Below the pieces are notes generated by a model. That model saw only the letters and a list, made by a program, of their open reading frames with translations. It had not been told where the DNA came from and searched no databases. Shown here in pieces: positions 21,223 to 33,133 of a stretch of 64,000 bases of DNA. A program made the position numbers and the translations under genes. The stretch comes from an uncultured delta proteobacterium (lineage in GTDB: Bacteria > Desulfobacterota > WTBG01 > CAIYCZ01 > CAIRTM01): contig CAWDSQ010000030.1 in assembly GCA_963804955.1 (NCBI GenBank), positions 292,650 to 356,649 on the forward strand. Reading direction: 5' to 3'. Position 1 is the stretch's first letter. Each line of letters opens with the position of its first letter.

Positions 21223-22608
21223 CTAAAGACCTATTTTCACACTCTTTTCGACCATATCGACAATCGGCAGTACGGGAGCGTCTTTCCCGAGCAGCAGGTT
21301 TGCCACTGACTGCGGGTAGGAGCGGTACCTCAGCACAACGCGCACGTCCAGCGGCAGTTTTGCATCCGGCGGCGTCAGGAACGAGAAGGTTTCTGTAGCC
21401 GAGCCCTTTGGCGGTATGGTTTTAACATATTCAAACCGCACGATCTCCCAGGGCTTTACCGTGTGCTTGCCGTCTTTGTCAACGGCATAGGCGCAAAAAA
21501 TGCGCGCATCTTCCCCAAGATCTCCCTTTTCGTCAAGCGCGCCGGAACGGAAAACCTGTTTTCCCGCGGCGTCTGTCACCTTCACATCGAGCCACATCTG
21601 GCGCACCTCGGTGAGGCTGGTTGGCAGGTTGTGGCCTGCGCCGACATTGGAAACTTTTATGCCCATGGTTACCATGCTGCCGGGCTTTGCAGCTTGCGGG
21701 GCTAAAATGTCAAGCTCGGCCGCGCTCTTGAGCCGCTTTTCAGCCATGTCGGCATGCCCCTTTGCGCCAAGCAGCGCAGGTACCGTAAAATTGGCGCCCA
21801 CGAATTCATGGGTGAACATATTGTCCCGCTTGGGTCCCATGGTGCAGGGCTGGCCCGGGTTCTGGGGCTTTTTCATGGTTTTTGCGACCTCTATCGATTT
21901 TTCTACCGGCATCATGTGGCAGTCCTGGCACTGGATGTCATTTTGCGCATAGACGGAATATTTCCACTCATCATAGGTGCGCTCGATGTGGAAGTTTGAA
22001 ACCGGGTGAAACACCTGGTGGCAGTTGGCGCAGAATTTTGATTTGGTGTGCAGCTCGGAATATTCAGACTTATGATAGGGCGACACCGAATCTTTATAGG
22101 GGCCGCGCTTGACATCGCCGGGAGCAACAATCAGGGAGGCATTGTTCGGCTCATAGGTCGGCGTTTCCAGGAATGAGCTGTCCTTGATGGTGTGGCACAC
22201 ATCGCACTGCACGCCATCCCGGGCGATTTCACTGGTGATGAACTGGTCGTCTTTGAATGTCAGATCACCGGAGACAACGCCGACGACGGTATGACAGCCG
22301 CCGCAGAGATTTTTAGTGAAACCCTTGGTTTCCTTTTCGCCCATCTTCCAGAGGGCCTGAAAAACCGGGTCGACAAACGCGTTGGAGTGCATGGAGCCTT
22401 TCCACTGTGCATATATTTCAGGGTGGCAGCCCATGCAGATTTTGGGCGATTCGAATTTGTCGGGAGTTACCGGCTTGCCCGTGTCGGTTGTGAGCATTGA
22501 GGGATAAAAAGGAAATTTTTTCGTGTCGACTTCGGCAGCAGCGGCAAGCGTGCAGCAGAAAGCCACGATGGCGATACAGGCTGTGCATGAAAAAAGTTTT
22601 TGTGCCAT
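21223..22608 (-). CDS. Periplasmic pentaheme cytochrome c (c554-like domain)
   Basis: Signal peptide; CMGCH, CGGCH, CDVCH, CANCH and CQDCH; GHNLPT. Confidence 0.9.
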   Translation of the reverse strand: MAQKLFSCTACIAIVAFCCTLAAAAEVDTKKFPFYPSMLTTDTGKPVTPDKFESPKICMGCHPEIYAQWKGSMHSNAFVDPVFQALWKMGEKETKGFTKNLCGGCHTVVGVVSGDLTFKDDQFITSEIARDGVQCDVCHTIKDSSFLETPTYEPNNASLIVAPGDVKRGPYKDSVSPYHKSEYSELHTKSKFCANCHQVFHPVSNFHIERTYDEWKYSVYAQNDIQCQDCHMMPVEKSIEVAKTMKKPQNPGQPCTMGPKRDNMFTHEFVGANFTVPALLGAKGHADMAEKRLKSAAELDILAPQAAKPGSMVTMGIKVSNVGAGHNLPTSLTEVRQMWLDVKVTDAAGKQVFRSGALDEKGDLGEDARIFCAYAVDKDGKHTVKPWEIVRFEYVKTIPPKGSATETFSFLTPPDAKLPLDVRVVLRYRSYPQSVANLLLGKDAPVLPIVDMVEKSVKIGL

Positions 22609-22688
22609 GGTTCCTCCGAAAAGAATATGAATATAGATTAATGAGATTGTTCTATTGATGCAGGAAAGGTCATGCTGTTGCTCGTGCA

Positions 22689-23087
22689 TTACGAGCCGCC
22701 GGACCGGCTGCAGGCCGGGCAGGTCCCCCAGAATTCAAGGCGGTGGCCCATGACGGTGTAGCCGCTCTTTTCCGAAAGATCGTGGTCGAGCGCTTCAACC
22801 GGGCTCATATCGACATCGTCGACTCTGCCGCAGCCTATACAGCGAATGTGATAGTGCAACTTTGCGGTGCCGTCAAATCTTTTCTGGCGGCCGCCGACCT
22901 CGATTTTCTGAACGACACCCCTCTGGCACAGCCATTCAAGGTTGCGGTATACGGTTGCGAGACTCACCCGTGGCAGGCGGCTGCGCACCTGTTCAAAAAG
23001 CTCATCAGCCGTGGGATGGGTCTTCACGGACCGCAGTTCATCCAGGATGATTTCACGCTGATGGGTAATGCGAAATTTGTCAACCAT
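22689..23087 (-). CDS. perR: Fur-family regulator, probably PerR
   Basis: HPTADE, SLATVYRNL, HYH..CxxC..CxxC; divergent from rubrerythrin. Confidence 0.8.
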   Translation of the reverse strand: MVDKFRITHQREIILDELRSVKTHPTADELFEQVRSRLPRVSLATVYRNLEWLCQRGVVQKIEVGGRQKRFDGTAKLHYHIRCIGCGRVDDVDMSPVEALDHDLSEKSGYTVMGHRLEFWGTCPACSRSGGS

Positions 23088-23098
23088 AGGACCTCTTA

Positions 23099-23115
23099 TT
23101 GATAATAATTATTAG
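23099..23115. promoter_or_regulatory. Fur/PerR-type box upstream of perR
   Basis: TTGATAATAATTATTAG. Confidence 0.65.
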
Positions 23116-23241
23116 CTGATAATGCCAATATGTCAAGCATGAATCAGCTGAAACAAAAATAAATCATTTATTTGAAATATATTGCATGCATGTGCTACAT
23201 CTTAAAAATATAATACAGCTTGACTTGAAAAAAATTATCAA

Positions 23242-23258
23242 GTAGTAATTATTATCAA
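23242..23258. promoter_or_regulatory. Fur/PerR-type box upstream of rbr
   Basis: GTAGTAATTATTATCAA, an inverted near-copy of 23099-23115. Confidence 0.65.
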
Positions 23259-23361
23259 AAGGCTGGCTGTTTCAGAACGTATACAAAATTTAAAAAAGCT
23301 ATTTTATGCATTCATTTTTATTATAGTTATTTTAGCCCTAACTTCAAGAAAGGAGAATTGC

Positions 23362-23943
23362 ATGGATTTCAAGAACAGCAGGACAAAGCAGAACCTCATG
23401 AATTCATTTGCCGGGGAGTCGCAGGCCCGCAACCGGTATACTTTTTTTGCCGGTGTGGCAAAAAAAGCCGGGTATGAGCAGATTGCAGCTATTTTTCTCG
23501 ACACGGCCGACAATGAAAAAGAGCATGCGAAAGTTTATTATAAGCACCTTGCCAAGTATATGGGCGAGGGAGCCGTAACGGTTAACGGCACCTATCCGGT
23601 TGTGTTCAGCGATACTCTGAAGCACCTGACAGAGGCTATTGCCGGCGAGAATGAAGAGTGGACCAAGCTGTATCCTGATGCTGCAAAAATAGCCGATGAG
23701 GAAGGTTTTCAGGATGTAGCGGAAAGCTTCAGGCAGATCGCCCAGGCCGAGGTTGAACATGAAAAACGCTATCAGGCTTTGAAGACTAATATCGAAACCG
23801 GCAGCGTGTTCAAGAAGAAGTCGACTGTCAGATGGCGCTGCCGCAATTGCGGCCGCGTGATCGAAGCGGCAGGCGCGCCTGAGAAATGCCCGACCTGCGA
23901 TCATCCGCAGGCGCATTTTGAAATAATGGCTGAAAATTATTAA
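23362..23943 (+). CDS. rbr: Rubrerythrin
   Basis: AGESQARNRY, EKEHA, WRCRNCG and CPTCDHP motifs. Confidence 0.95.
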   Translation: MDFKNSRTKQNLMNSFAGESQARNRYTFFAGVAKKAGYEQIAAIFLDTADNEKEHAKVYYKHLAKYMGEGAVTVNGTYPVVFSDTLKHLTEAIAGENEEWTKLYPDAAKIADEEGFQDVAESFRQIAQAEVEHEKRYQALKTNIETGSVFKKKSTVRWRCRNCGRVIEAAGAPEKCPTCDHPQAHFEIMAENY

Positions 23944-23964
23944 CCGGTGAAGAGGAGGATTCGT

Positions 23965-24345
23965 ATGACACAGCGAGATGAAGTGTATAAATGTGAGCAT
24001 TGCGGCAATATTGCAACCATTATGCATACCGGCGGCGGCAAGCTGATCTGCTGCGGCGAGGAGATGAAACTGCTGAAGGAAAACACGACTGATGCGGCAG
24101 TGGAGAAGCATGTGCCCGTTATCGAACGCAGCGGCAACACGGTAACGGTAAAAGTCGGCAGCGTGCCCCATCCCATGGAAGAAAAGCACTATATCGAAGT
24201 GATCGGTGTGCTGGTAGAAGGCGATAAGCTGTACCGGGCCTATTTGAAGCCGGGAGACAAGCCCGAGGCAACGTTTGAAATTCCGGGCAAAGTCATCTGC
24301 GCGCGTGAATACTGCAATATCCACGGGCTGTGGAAAAGCAACTAG
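23965..24345 (+). CDS. dfx: Desulfoferrodoxin (superoxide reductase)
   Basis: [19 protein letters not shown] and CNIHGLW motifs. Confidence 0.95.
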   Translation: MTQRDEVYKCEHCGNIATIMHTGGGKLICCGEEMKLLKENTTDAAVEKHVPVIERSGNTVTVKVGSVPHPMEEKHYIEVIGVLVEGDKLYRAYLKPGDKPEATFEIPGKVICAREYCNIHGLWKSN

Positions 24346-24456
24346 GAACTCATCTGCAAAATTTCAGCTCTTCGTGTTTTTTTATGCGCGTCTTTTGAGT
24401 GCGCACTAGAGCCGTCCGCTATGCCGGCGGCTGCTGCTTCAGAAAGGAGTGACGAC

Positions 24457-24975
24457 ATGATCAGCGACAAAATGCAGAAAGCAATCAATGATCAGATCAA
24501 TGCCGAAATGTATTCGGCCTATCTCTACCTTGCCATGGAGGCCTATTTTCAGTCAAAGGGCCTTGCCGGCTTTGCCAGCTGGATGCGCGTGCAGACGCAG
24601 GAGGAGATCGTGCATGCCATGAAGATGTATGACTTCATCAATGCGCGCAATGGCCGCGTTGAGCTGCAGGAGATTGCCAAACCGCCGCTTGCCTGGGACT
24701 CGCCGCTCAAGGCTTTCGAGGCCGCCTACAAGCACGAAACCGTTGTTACGGGCCGTATCAATAAGCTTGTGGACCTTGCCATCAGGGAAAGCGATCATGC
24801 ATCGAATAATTTTTTGCAGTGGTTTGTGGCAGAGCAGGTTGAGGAGGAGCAGTCGGCCGGCGCCGTGGTCGATAAGCTGAAACTGCTCGGCAAATCGACT
24901 GAAGGGCTCTTTCAGCTTGATAAAGAGCTGGGCGCCCGTGTCTTCACCCCGCCTGTACAGGGCGCTGCCGCGTAA
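24457..24975 (+). CDS. ftn: Non-heme ferritin
   Basis: [12 protein letters not shown] and [10 protein letters not shown] motifs. Confidence 0.95.
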   Translation: MISDKMQKAINDQINAEMYSAYLYLAMEAYFQSKGLAGFASWMRVQTQEEIVHAMKMYDFINARNGRVELQEIAKPPLAWDSPLKAFEAAYKHETVVTGRINKLVDLAIRESDHASNNFLQWFVAEQVEEEQSAGAVVDKLKLLGKSTEGLFQLDKELGARVFTPPVQGAAA

Positions 24976-24989
24976 CTTTGATGTTTGTA

Positions 24990-25023
24990 TAAAAAAGGCC
25001 GCACTCGCTGCGGCCTTTTTTAT
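24990..25023. terminator. Bidirectional intrinsic terminator
   Basis: AAAAAAGGCCGCA-ctcgc-TGCGGCCTTTTTT. Confidence 0.85.
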
Positions 25024-25181
25024 ATGCGGTTTTGGTTAGGGCTTGTAAAAAAGCAGCTGTTACAGAATCCGTTCGCTCCGGGCTTGTCGAAGGGCCTCCA
25101 TTCCTGGTGTGATCATTAGACAAGCTCATGATCACCACGAACGGCTGATTTTATTTACAAGCCCGTATGCCGTCTGCTGAT

Positions 25182-25439
25182 CTATTTCAGGCCAATTTCC
25201 TTTGCCGCTTCTTTTAAAGAGTTTGCATCCTTCTGAATCGACTTCATCATGGGGTTTTGCGTTTCCTGTGCCGCCTTGACGAAGCTTTCAGCTGTTTTGT
25301 GTTTCTCCAGCAGCTTTTCTTTGTTCGGAGCCATGGTGCCGTTGTGGCAGGCGACGCAGGTGTTCCATCCGGCCGAGGCGGTTGTGGCCAGGACAAAAAA
25401 AGCGCATACTGAGAGAGCCGTGAGCGAGAGTGTTTTCAT
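25182..25439 (-). CDS. Small monoheme cytochrome c
   Basis: Signal peptide, CVACH, distal Met (PMM). Confidence 0.85.
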   Translation of the reverse strand: MKTLSLTALSVCAFFVLATTASAGWNTCVACHNGTMAPNKEKLLEKHKTAESFVKAAQETQNPMMKSIQKDANSLKEAAKEIGLK

Positions 25440-25602
25440 GCCTGTATCTCCTTCTGGAATTAATGTGCACTATGAGCAATTATATACCATCACTTGCAGC
25501 TGCACGCAAGGCTGCCCGCGACGTATTGCCCGATTCAAAACAGCGCTGCGCCCTGTTTCTGTGCGCTGAAAATGCGTTGTGCACGCGGCTGGTAATTGCC
25601 GC

Positions 25603-25631
25603 TTGACATGACGGCTCTTATTCCCTAAACT
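25603..25631 (+). promoter_or_regulatory. Sigma70-like promoter of the murI operon
   Basis: TTGACA, 17-nt spacer, TAAACT. Confidence 0.55.
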
Positions 25632-25682
25632 TCTCAAACTTACGTTGCATGCATTGCCAGCACTTTATTATTGTATGGGGTT

Positions 25683-26507
25683 ATGGTGGAAACAGCTGCC
25701 AGGAAACCGATCGGTATTTTTGATTCCGGTGTCGGCGGGCTGACGGTCGTCAAAGAGGTTTGCAAAAAGCTCCCTCATGAAAATATTATTTATCTTGGCG
25801 ATACGGCGCGGGTACCCTATGGTACCCGTTCAGCGCAGACGGTACAGAAGTATGCGATTTCAAATACGGATTTTCTTTTAACGCAGGATATAAAGCTTCT
25901 GGTCATTGCCTGCAACACGGCATCGGCCGTAGCATACGAAAAGCTCAAGGACACGTACGGGCTTCCGATCATTGACGTCGTCGGCCCCGGAGCGCGGGCC
26001 GCTGTGGCTGCAAGCCGCACCAGGCGCATCGGCATTATCGGCACCGACGGCACAATCCTGAGCGGCGCCTATCAGAAAGAGATTGTGCGGCTTGAGCCTG
26101 CATGCAGGATTGTCACCCAGGCATGCCCACTGTTTGTGCCACTGGCAGAAGCCGGGTGGTGCGACAAGGACGATGAGGTTGTGCTGCTCACTGCGCGGCG
26201 CTATCTTGAACCGCTTATGAATTCCGGCATCGACACGCTGGTGCTGGGCTGTACGCATTATCCGATTTTGAAGGAGGCCATACGGGCGGTCATGGGGCCG
26301 GGTATCAGGCTTATCGATTCGGCGGAAGAAACGGCCTGTGACGTTCTGCAGATGCTTGACCGGCAGCACATCTTCAATGATGACGCAGCCCCCGGCACGA
26401 GCACGTTTTATGTAACTGATATCCCGCACCGGTTTGCAGAAACCGGCAGCCGTTTTCTGGGGCGGGATCTCTCGAATGTATCTGTTGTTGATATCGTGCA
26501 CCTATGA
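25683..26507 (+). CDS. murI: Glutamate racemase
   Basis: FDSGVGG, IACNTAS and LGCTHYP motifs. Confidence 0.95.
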   Translation: MVETAARKPIGIFDSGVGGLTVVKEVCKKLPHENIIYLGDTARVPYGTRSAQTVQKYAISNTDFLLTQDIKLLVIACNTASAVAYEKLKDTYGLPIIDVVGPGARAAVAASRTRRIGIIGTDGTILSGAYQKEIVRLEPACRIVTQACPLFVPLAEAGWCDKDDEVVLLTARRYLEPLMNSGIDTLVLGCTHYPILKEAIRAVMGPGIRLIDSAEETACDVLQMLDRQHIFNDDAAPGTSTFYVTDIPHRFAETGSRFLGRDLSNVSVVDIVHL

Positions 26508-27103
26508 AAAAAAACCGGCCTGCACAGCGTACAAGGAAAAAAGGCAATACGCTCAGGTATCTGACCTTTGCTATCGTTATCCTGGCCGTTTCAGGGCTGG
26601 GTGTCTTTTTTTATAATAATAAAACCTTTGACGTGAGCACACTGCTGCCGCTGCTGGGGAAAATAAAAGGCGAGGATTCTGTCGGGTCATTTACCGCCAC
26701 GCTCTGTTTCGGTGATGAAAGGGGTGAGTTTCTCATCAGGGAGCATCGTATCATCACCAGCGGCCATACTCCCGATAAAAAAGCCGAGGCCCTGCTGCAG
26801 GAGCTGCTCAAGGGGCCGCTGACCAGGGGCACGCGCACGGTTCCGCTGCAGACGCGGCTGCGTGGCGTTGCCTTTGACAATGGCCTTTTGACGGCAGACT
26901 TCAGCCCGGATCTGCAGCAGCATCACCCCGGGGGAAGCGCCTCTGAAATACTGACGGTATATTCTGTTGTGAATACCCTGACGCTGAATGTCCCCGAAAT
27001 CAAGCAGGTGGTTTTGCTGGTGGACGGAAAAAAAATAGACAGTATTGCCGGCCATATCGACTGCAGGCAGCCGATTTCACCCAGGCCGGATCTCACTCAC
27101 TGA
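26504..27103 (+). CDS. GerMN-domain membrane protein
   Basis: N-terminal TM; ELLKGP, GGSASE, SVVNTLT and LLVDG. Confidence 0.85.
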   Translation: MKKNRPAQRTRKKGNTLRYLTFAIVILAVSGLGVFFYNNKTFDVSTLLPLLGKIKGEDSVGSFTATLCFGDERGEFLIREHRIITSGHTPDKKAEALLQELLKGPLTRGTRTVPLQTRLRGVAFDNGLLTADFSPDLQQHHPGGSASEILTVYSVVNTLTLNVPEIKQVVLLVDGKKIDSIAGHIDCRQPISPRPDLTH

Positions 27104-27112
27104 CGGACGGAT

Positions 27113-29149
<2,037 letters not shown>

Positions 29150-29228
29150 TGGCCCGATTGCTTTTTTGGCAGCACAGGGCCGCAGCAGCTTGTATTTGTT
29201 ATTTAAGACACTTAAAAGGAGAACCAGC

Positions 29229-29447
29229 ATGAAAGAAAAAGTAGAAGCAGTTCTTGCAAAGATCAGACCGCGCCTTGAAGCAGACGGCGGCGGCATTGAA
29301 CTGGTGGACATTGTCGACGGTGTGGTGAAAGTGCGGCTTCAGGGCGCCTGCCAGGGCTGCATGGGCGCGCGCATGACCCTCAAGATGGGCGTTGAGCGCA
29401 TCATGAAGGAAGAAATTCCCGAGGTCAAATCCGTCGAAGCCGTGTGA
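29229..29447 (+). CDS. NifU/NfuA C-terminal-like Fe-S protein
   Basis: IRP.L..DGG and GACQGC motifs. Confidence 0.9.
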   Translation: MKEKVEAVLAKIRPRLEADGGGIELVDIVDGVVKVRLQGACQGCMGARMTLKMGVERIMKEEIPEVKSVEAV

Positions 29448-29451
29448 CGGC

Positions 29452-29646
29452 ATGGATTATTTTCTGTGCGTCCTGGGGCTTGTGCTCATTATCGAAGGCT
29501 TGCCGTATTTCGTTTTTCCGGATAAGATGAAGGAGGTGCTTGCAAAGATCCCGCAGGTGCCTGCAGCAACTCTCCGGGTTTTCGGAATTAGCGCTATCAT
29601 CGGGGGGATGCTGCTGGTTTTTATAGCGCAACGCCTGCTGCAGTAA
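29452..29646 (+). CDS. DUF2065-family membrane protein
   Basis: LGLVLIIEGLPYFVFP..LRVFG. Confidence 0.85.
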   Translation: MDYFLCVLGLVLIIEGLPYFVFPDKMKEVLAKIPQVPAATLRVFGISAIIGGMLLVFIAQRLLQ

Positions 29647-29746
29647 AACGGGCTTTCCGGCTCCTGCCTGCAGCCTGAAGTACACGGTGCTTGTATGAAA
29701 ACGCAGAGACAGGCTTCATTCATGTCTGTGCGTTTTTTTTGCCTGA

Positions 29747-29905
29747 CAGGCTGTTGAAAAACGCCCATCTGTCCCGCTGGAGCGGGATTGCACTCATCAT
29801 GCTTCACTGCGGCGTACAAAAAGTACGCCTCATTTCGCATGATTGCCTGCAAGCAGGTGTCAGAGACAGCGCACGCCTTGCATCTGAGCAATTTTGAACA
29901 GCCTG
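29747..29905. mobile_element. MITE-like element
   Basis: Terminal inverted repeats CAGGCTGTTGAAAA / TTTTGAACAGCCTG; no credible ORF. Confidence 0.6.
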
Positions 29906-30119
29906 CATACATAGACTTTTTCAACGCTCTGCTCAGCTGCTACCGACCGCTCATCACTGCTCGGGTATCTCCCCGCTACCGGGGTATGACGGGCAGAAGG
30001 ATATGACATGCACAGGGGTTGTTTGCGATAGCATCAGTAATGGTTCAAAAAATATCTTTCCGGATGCTGCGCATCGTTTTATCACGCTGAAGCCGGTGGC
30101 TCAGCACGGTGGAGTTATC

Positions 30120-31964
30120 TTACCGCGGCAGCGTTATGCAAAACGAGGTTCCCCTGCCAGGCTGGCTTTCCACGGTGATAAATCCATTGTATCGCATGAG
30201 TATGTTTTTTACAATGGGCAGCCCCAGCCCCGTTCCTTCCGGAGAAAACTTTTTTGCTTCCACGGTGCGGTGAAATTCATCAAAAATTTGATCAATTTCT
30301 TCCGGCTCAATACCAATGCCGCTATCCTTGACGGTGATGACGATGCCGGCCTCGTCGCGCTGTATGTCAACGCTTACGCTTCCTCCCGCAGGGGTATAGC
30401 GAAGGGCATTTTCAAGGAGGTTTGAAAAAACACGCTGCATATCCCCTTCGGATTCCCTGAAGGGCAACTCCTCTGAAGGAATAGTGCAGGTGAGGCTGAT
30501 GTGTTTTTCCTTGAAAAGCTCTTCAAGCAGCTGCAGCGCTTCCCGTGCGATGCCGCCGATATCTACCGTAGAAAAGTTTTTTGCCTGTGCCGGCGCTTTG
30601 CCTACTGTCAGATATAAAATATCCTGAATCAGAACATGCAGATTTTTGAGCCTTCGTATGCATCGGTCTATGGTTTCCTTCTGCTTGTCGGTGAGCGGGC
30701 CCATATAGCCCTCTGAAAGAACAGCAAGAAGGCTTTGCACCGCATTGGCCGGCGACCTCAGGTCATGGCACATTCTATTGGAGAAAGTCAGAATAACTTT
30801 ATTTTTTGTTTCAAGCTCCAGGCGCGCCCGGGCATTTTCGATAATGATGGCTGATCCGCCCGCCAGAATTTTCAGGAAAGAAATTTCATCGCTGCTGTAT
30901 GTGCGCGGATGGTCTGAATACAGGCACAGATCGCCCATGAGCATACCCTTGTGCGCCAGCGGGATAGAAATGATAGACCGGATGCCTTCATCAAGCATGT
31001 ATTGACAATGGGTAATGCGGTGGTCCGTCTCCACATTCGCAACCATTATAATTTCATCAATGCTTTTGGGGAAAACGCCCATGCGCTTGGCAATAAAAGG
31101 GCCTGCAACAAACTGCTCTGAAAGCCCGTGGCTGGCAAACTCCTCGAGGTTTTCCTCCCCCGGTTTTATAAGCCGTATGAGAGCCCCCTTTGCTTTCAGT
31201 ATTGCCGTGCTTTCCTGCACGATGATTTCGAGGATATGCTTCATGTCATAGCTCGATATCATTGCCTGCGTGGCATCCATCAGCATTTCGCGCCTTTGGA
31301 GGTTGTTCTGTAGTTTATGGCTGAGGCAGCGTACTTCCGCCTCCCGCTGACGGAAACGGGCCATGATTGATGTGGCAAGAAATGTCGCGGCAAAAAGGAT
31401 AAAAGCATAAATAGGAAAAGCAAGCAGCGCCGTGTTCAGGCTGACTTTGCCGGGCTGCAGTGCCGTCCAGGACATGAATGCCGGAACGGGGAAATAGTAT
31501 TCAGCGCAGAAAATGCATGCCAGGCTGATCATGGAAAAAGCGGTATACAGATAGCACTGCCGGGGGGGGAACATAATGGCATTAATGATGATATGGAGTA
31601 TGAAAAAAAATACAAAGGGGCTGAACAGGCCGCCGGTTACATAGATGATGACAATCAGTGCAAGCCAGTCGAGCGCAACCTGCATGTGCATGAAAAAAGG
31701 GGTCAACCTCCCGGCGTCATGTATCTGGCGCAGAATCAGGAAGCACTCAAGGTTGTAAAAAAAGATGACAAAGCAGGCTGCATACAGAAACTTTGCGGGG
31801 ATAATCTGCGGAGCAACTATGGAGAGAAAAACCGAGAGCATGAAAAAACCGGCAATTGCCGCCCAGCGCAGCCGGATAAACCATGATGCTACGGTTTTTA
31901 TCTCTCCTGCCTGGAATTCTCCCGGCAGGAAATAATGTGTCAGCACAGCCCTGATATCCGCCAT
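30120..31964 (-). CDS. Membrane GAF-domain sensor histidine kinase
   Basis: Multiple TMs, GAF, HDLRSP, NLLENA, DSGIG and GTGLGL. Confidence 0.9.
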   Translation of the reverse strand: MADIRAVLTHYFLPGEFQAGEIKTVASWFIRLRWAAIAGFFMLSVFLSIVAPQIIPAKFLYAACFVIFFYNLECFLILRQIHDAGRLTPFFMHMQVALDWLALIVIIYVTGGLFSPFVFFFILHIIINAIMFPPRQCYLYTAFSMISLACIFCAEYYFPVPAFMSWTALQPGKVSLNTALLAFPIYAFILFAATFLATSIMARFRQREAEVRCLSHKLQNNLQRREMLMDATQAMISSYDMKHILEIIVQESTAILKAKGALIRLIKPGEENLEEFASHGLSEQFVAGPFIAKRMGVFPKSIDEIIMVANVETDHRITHCQYMLDEGIRSIISIPLAHKGMLMGDLCLYSDHPRTYSSDEISFLKILAGGSAIIIENARARLELETKNKVILTFSNRMCHDLRSPANAVQSLLAVLSEGYMGPLTDKQKETIDRCIRRLKNLHVLIQDILYLTVGKAPAQAKNFSTVDIGGIAREALQLLEELFKEKHISLTCTIPSEELPFRESEGDMQRVFSNLLENALRYTPAGGSVSVDIQRDEAGIVITVKDSGIGIEPEEIDQIFDEFHRTVEAKKFSPEGTGLGLPIVKNILMRYNGFITVESQPGRGTSFCITLPR

Positions 31965-32193
31965 AATGCTCCAAGAGCCTTGCGTTTTTTTTCAGTGCAT
32001 CCCGTGCATAAGAAACATTGTTTATGCGGTCGCAGCCGGCATTCTTCAAAGAATGTGCAGGTAAAACATTTTGAAAAATTCTATTTATTAATAGCATACC
32101 GGGCAGGCATACGCATTATGTTTTATGGGGAGTTTTTTTGTAAAGAAGGATTGATGGAGGCTGCGCTTTCCAGAAAAGATGTTTTCGAAATAT

Positions 32194-32462
32194 AATCCCG
32201 CGCTGAGAAGGCTGCCCTCTCAGCATTGGATGTGCTGGATCAACTCCCGGCAGCTGCTCTTCGGCTGAAATTGTATCCATGTTTGAAGGACAAACCATGA
32301 TCCGATCCGGAAGGCCGTTGACAGCTCGTTTTTCGTTTGAGCCGTAACAGGCATTGTCTACCCCCGCCGTCTTTGGCGGTGGGGGTAGAGGCAACCTGGC
32401 GCTTCGTTCCATTGTTTTCCCCTTTCAGGGGAATCCAAGCCACCGTCTATGCGGGCGGGTTG
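32194..32462. ncRNA. Candidate large structured RNA (~270 nt) / IS1111-like non-coding end
   Basis: At least six hairpins nested in two long-range pairings; no credible ORF; strand ambiguous. Confidence 0.5.
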
Positions 32463-32572
32463 TTGTCTTTTCACTTCTTGTTTAACTGAATCGCAATTTC
32501 TTCAGCGTATTTCTCCGGCAGTGCGTTCAGCAAAAGCCGGTCGCTTGAGCCCTGCGCAATCAGGGCAAGCCT

Positions 32573-33091
32573 TTATTTTTTCAGTTTGACGCAGCAGGTT
32601 TCCCCCGGCGTAACTTCGATCTCGACGCCGATTTTGGCGGCAAAGCCCTTCCAAAGCGGGATGCACCATTTGCTGTGCACGTCCTCCCAGGTAAGATTCA
32701 TGGTGCCCAGCGAGCTGGTGATTTCCAGCATCTCTTTGTAGGGGCACTGGAACCGCCGCTCGCAATCCAGGACCTCGATTTTTTCAAAAAGCTGGTAGTT
32801 GCAGGAGTTGCCTTCATACATGCCGTAGAGGGCTCTGTCCAGGCCCTTCTCGGGTATCCATCCGCCGATCATTTCAAGAATCGGCTCAAGGGTGGCCACC
32901 TCATGGTCAACATGCTCCTGCCAGAGGTTGTTTTTGACAGCGAAATCAAGGTTTGTAATGTGGGCTTTCACCAGCGCGTCATTGAACTTGTGGGGATAGG
33001 GAATGTTGTCGGTATAGGTCTGCAGCAACATCTGCATCGCCGGTTGCATATCGGCGGCTTCGGTGTCAAAGGGGTAGCGTATGCCTGGCAT
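32573..33091 (-). CDS. Hypothetical protein, possibly V4R/ATC-hydrolase-like fold
   Basis: 172 aa, GGAG RBS, C-terminal CPY..WC..C pattern. Confidence 0.7.
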   Translation of the reverse strand: MPGIRYPFDTEAADMQPAMQMLLQTYTDNIPYPHKFNDALVKAHITNLDFAVKNNLWQEHVDHEVATLEPILEMIGGWIPEKGLDRALYGMYEGNSCNYQLFEKIEVLDCERRFQCPYKEMLEITSSLGTMNLTWEDVHSKWCIPLWKGFAAKIGVEIEVTPGETCCVKLKK

Positions 33092-33133
33092 GGGGATCTC
33101 CTTATGTTATGTGAGCGGTTTAAAAAAGTATAA

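Noticed and set aside
32194..32462. 6S RNA, tmRNA or RNase P RNA
   Set aside because: It is not a single rod, has no tRNA-like ends and no GAGGAAAGTCC motif.
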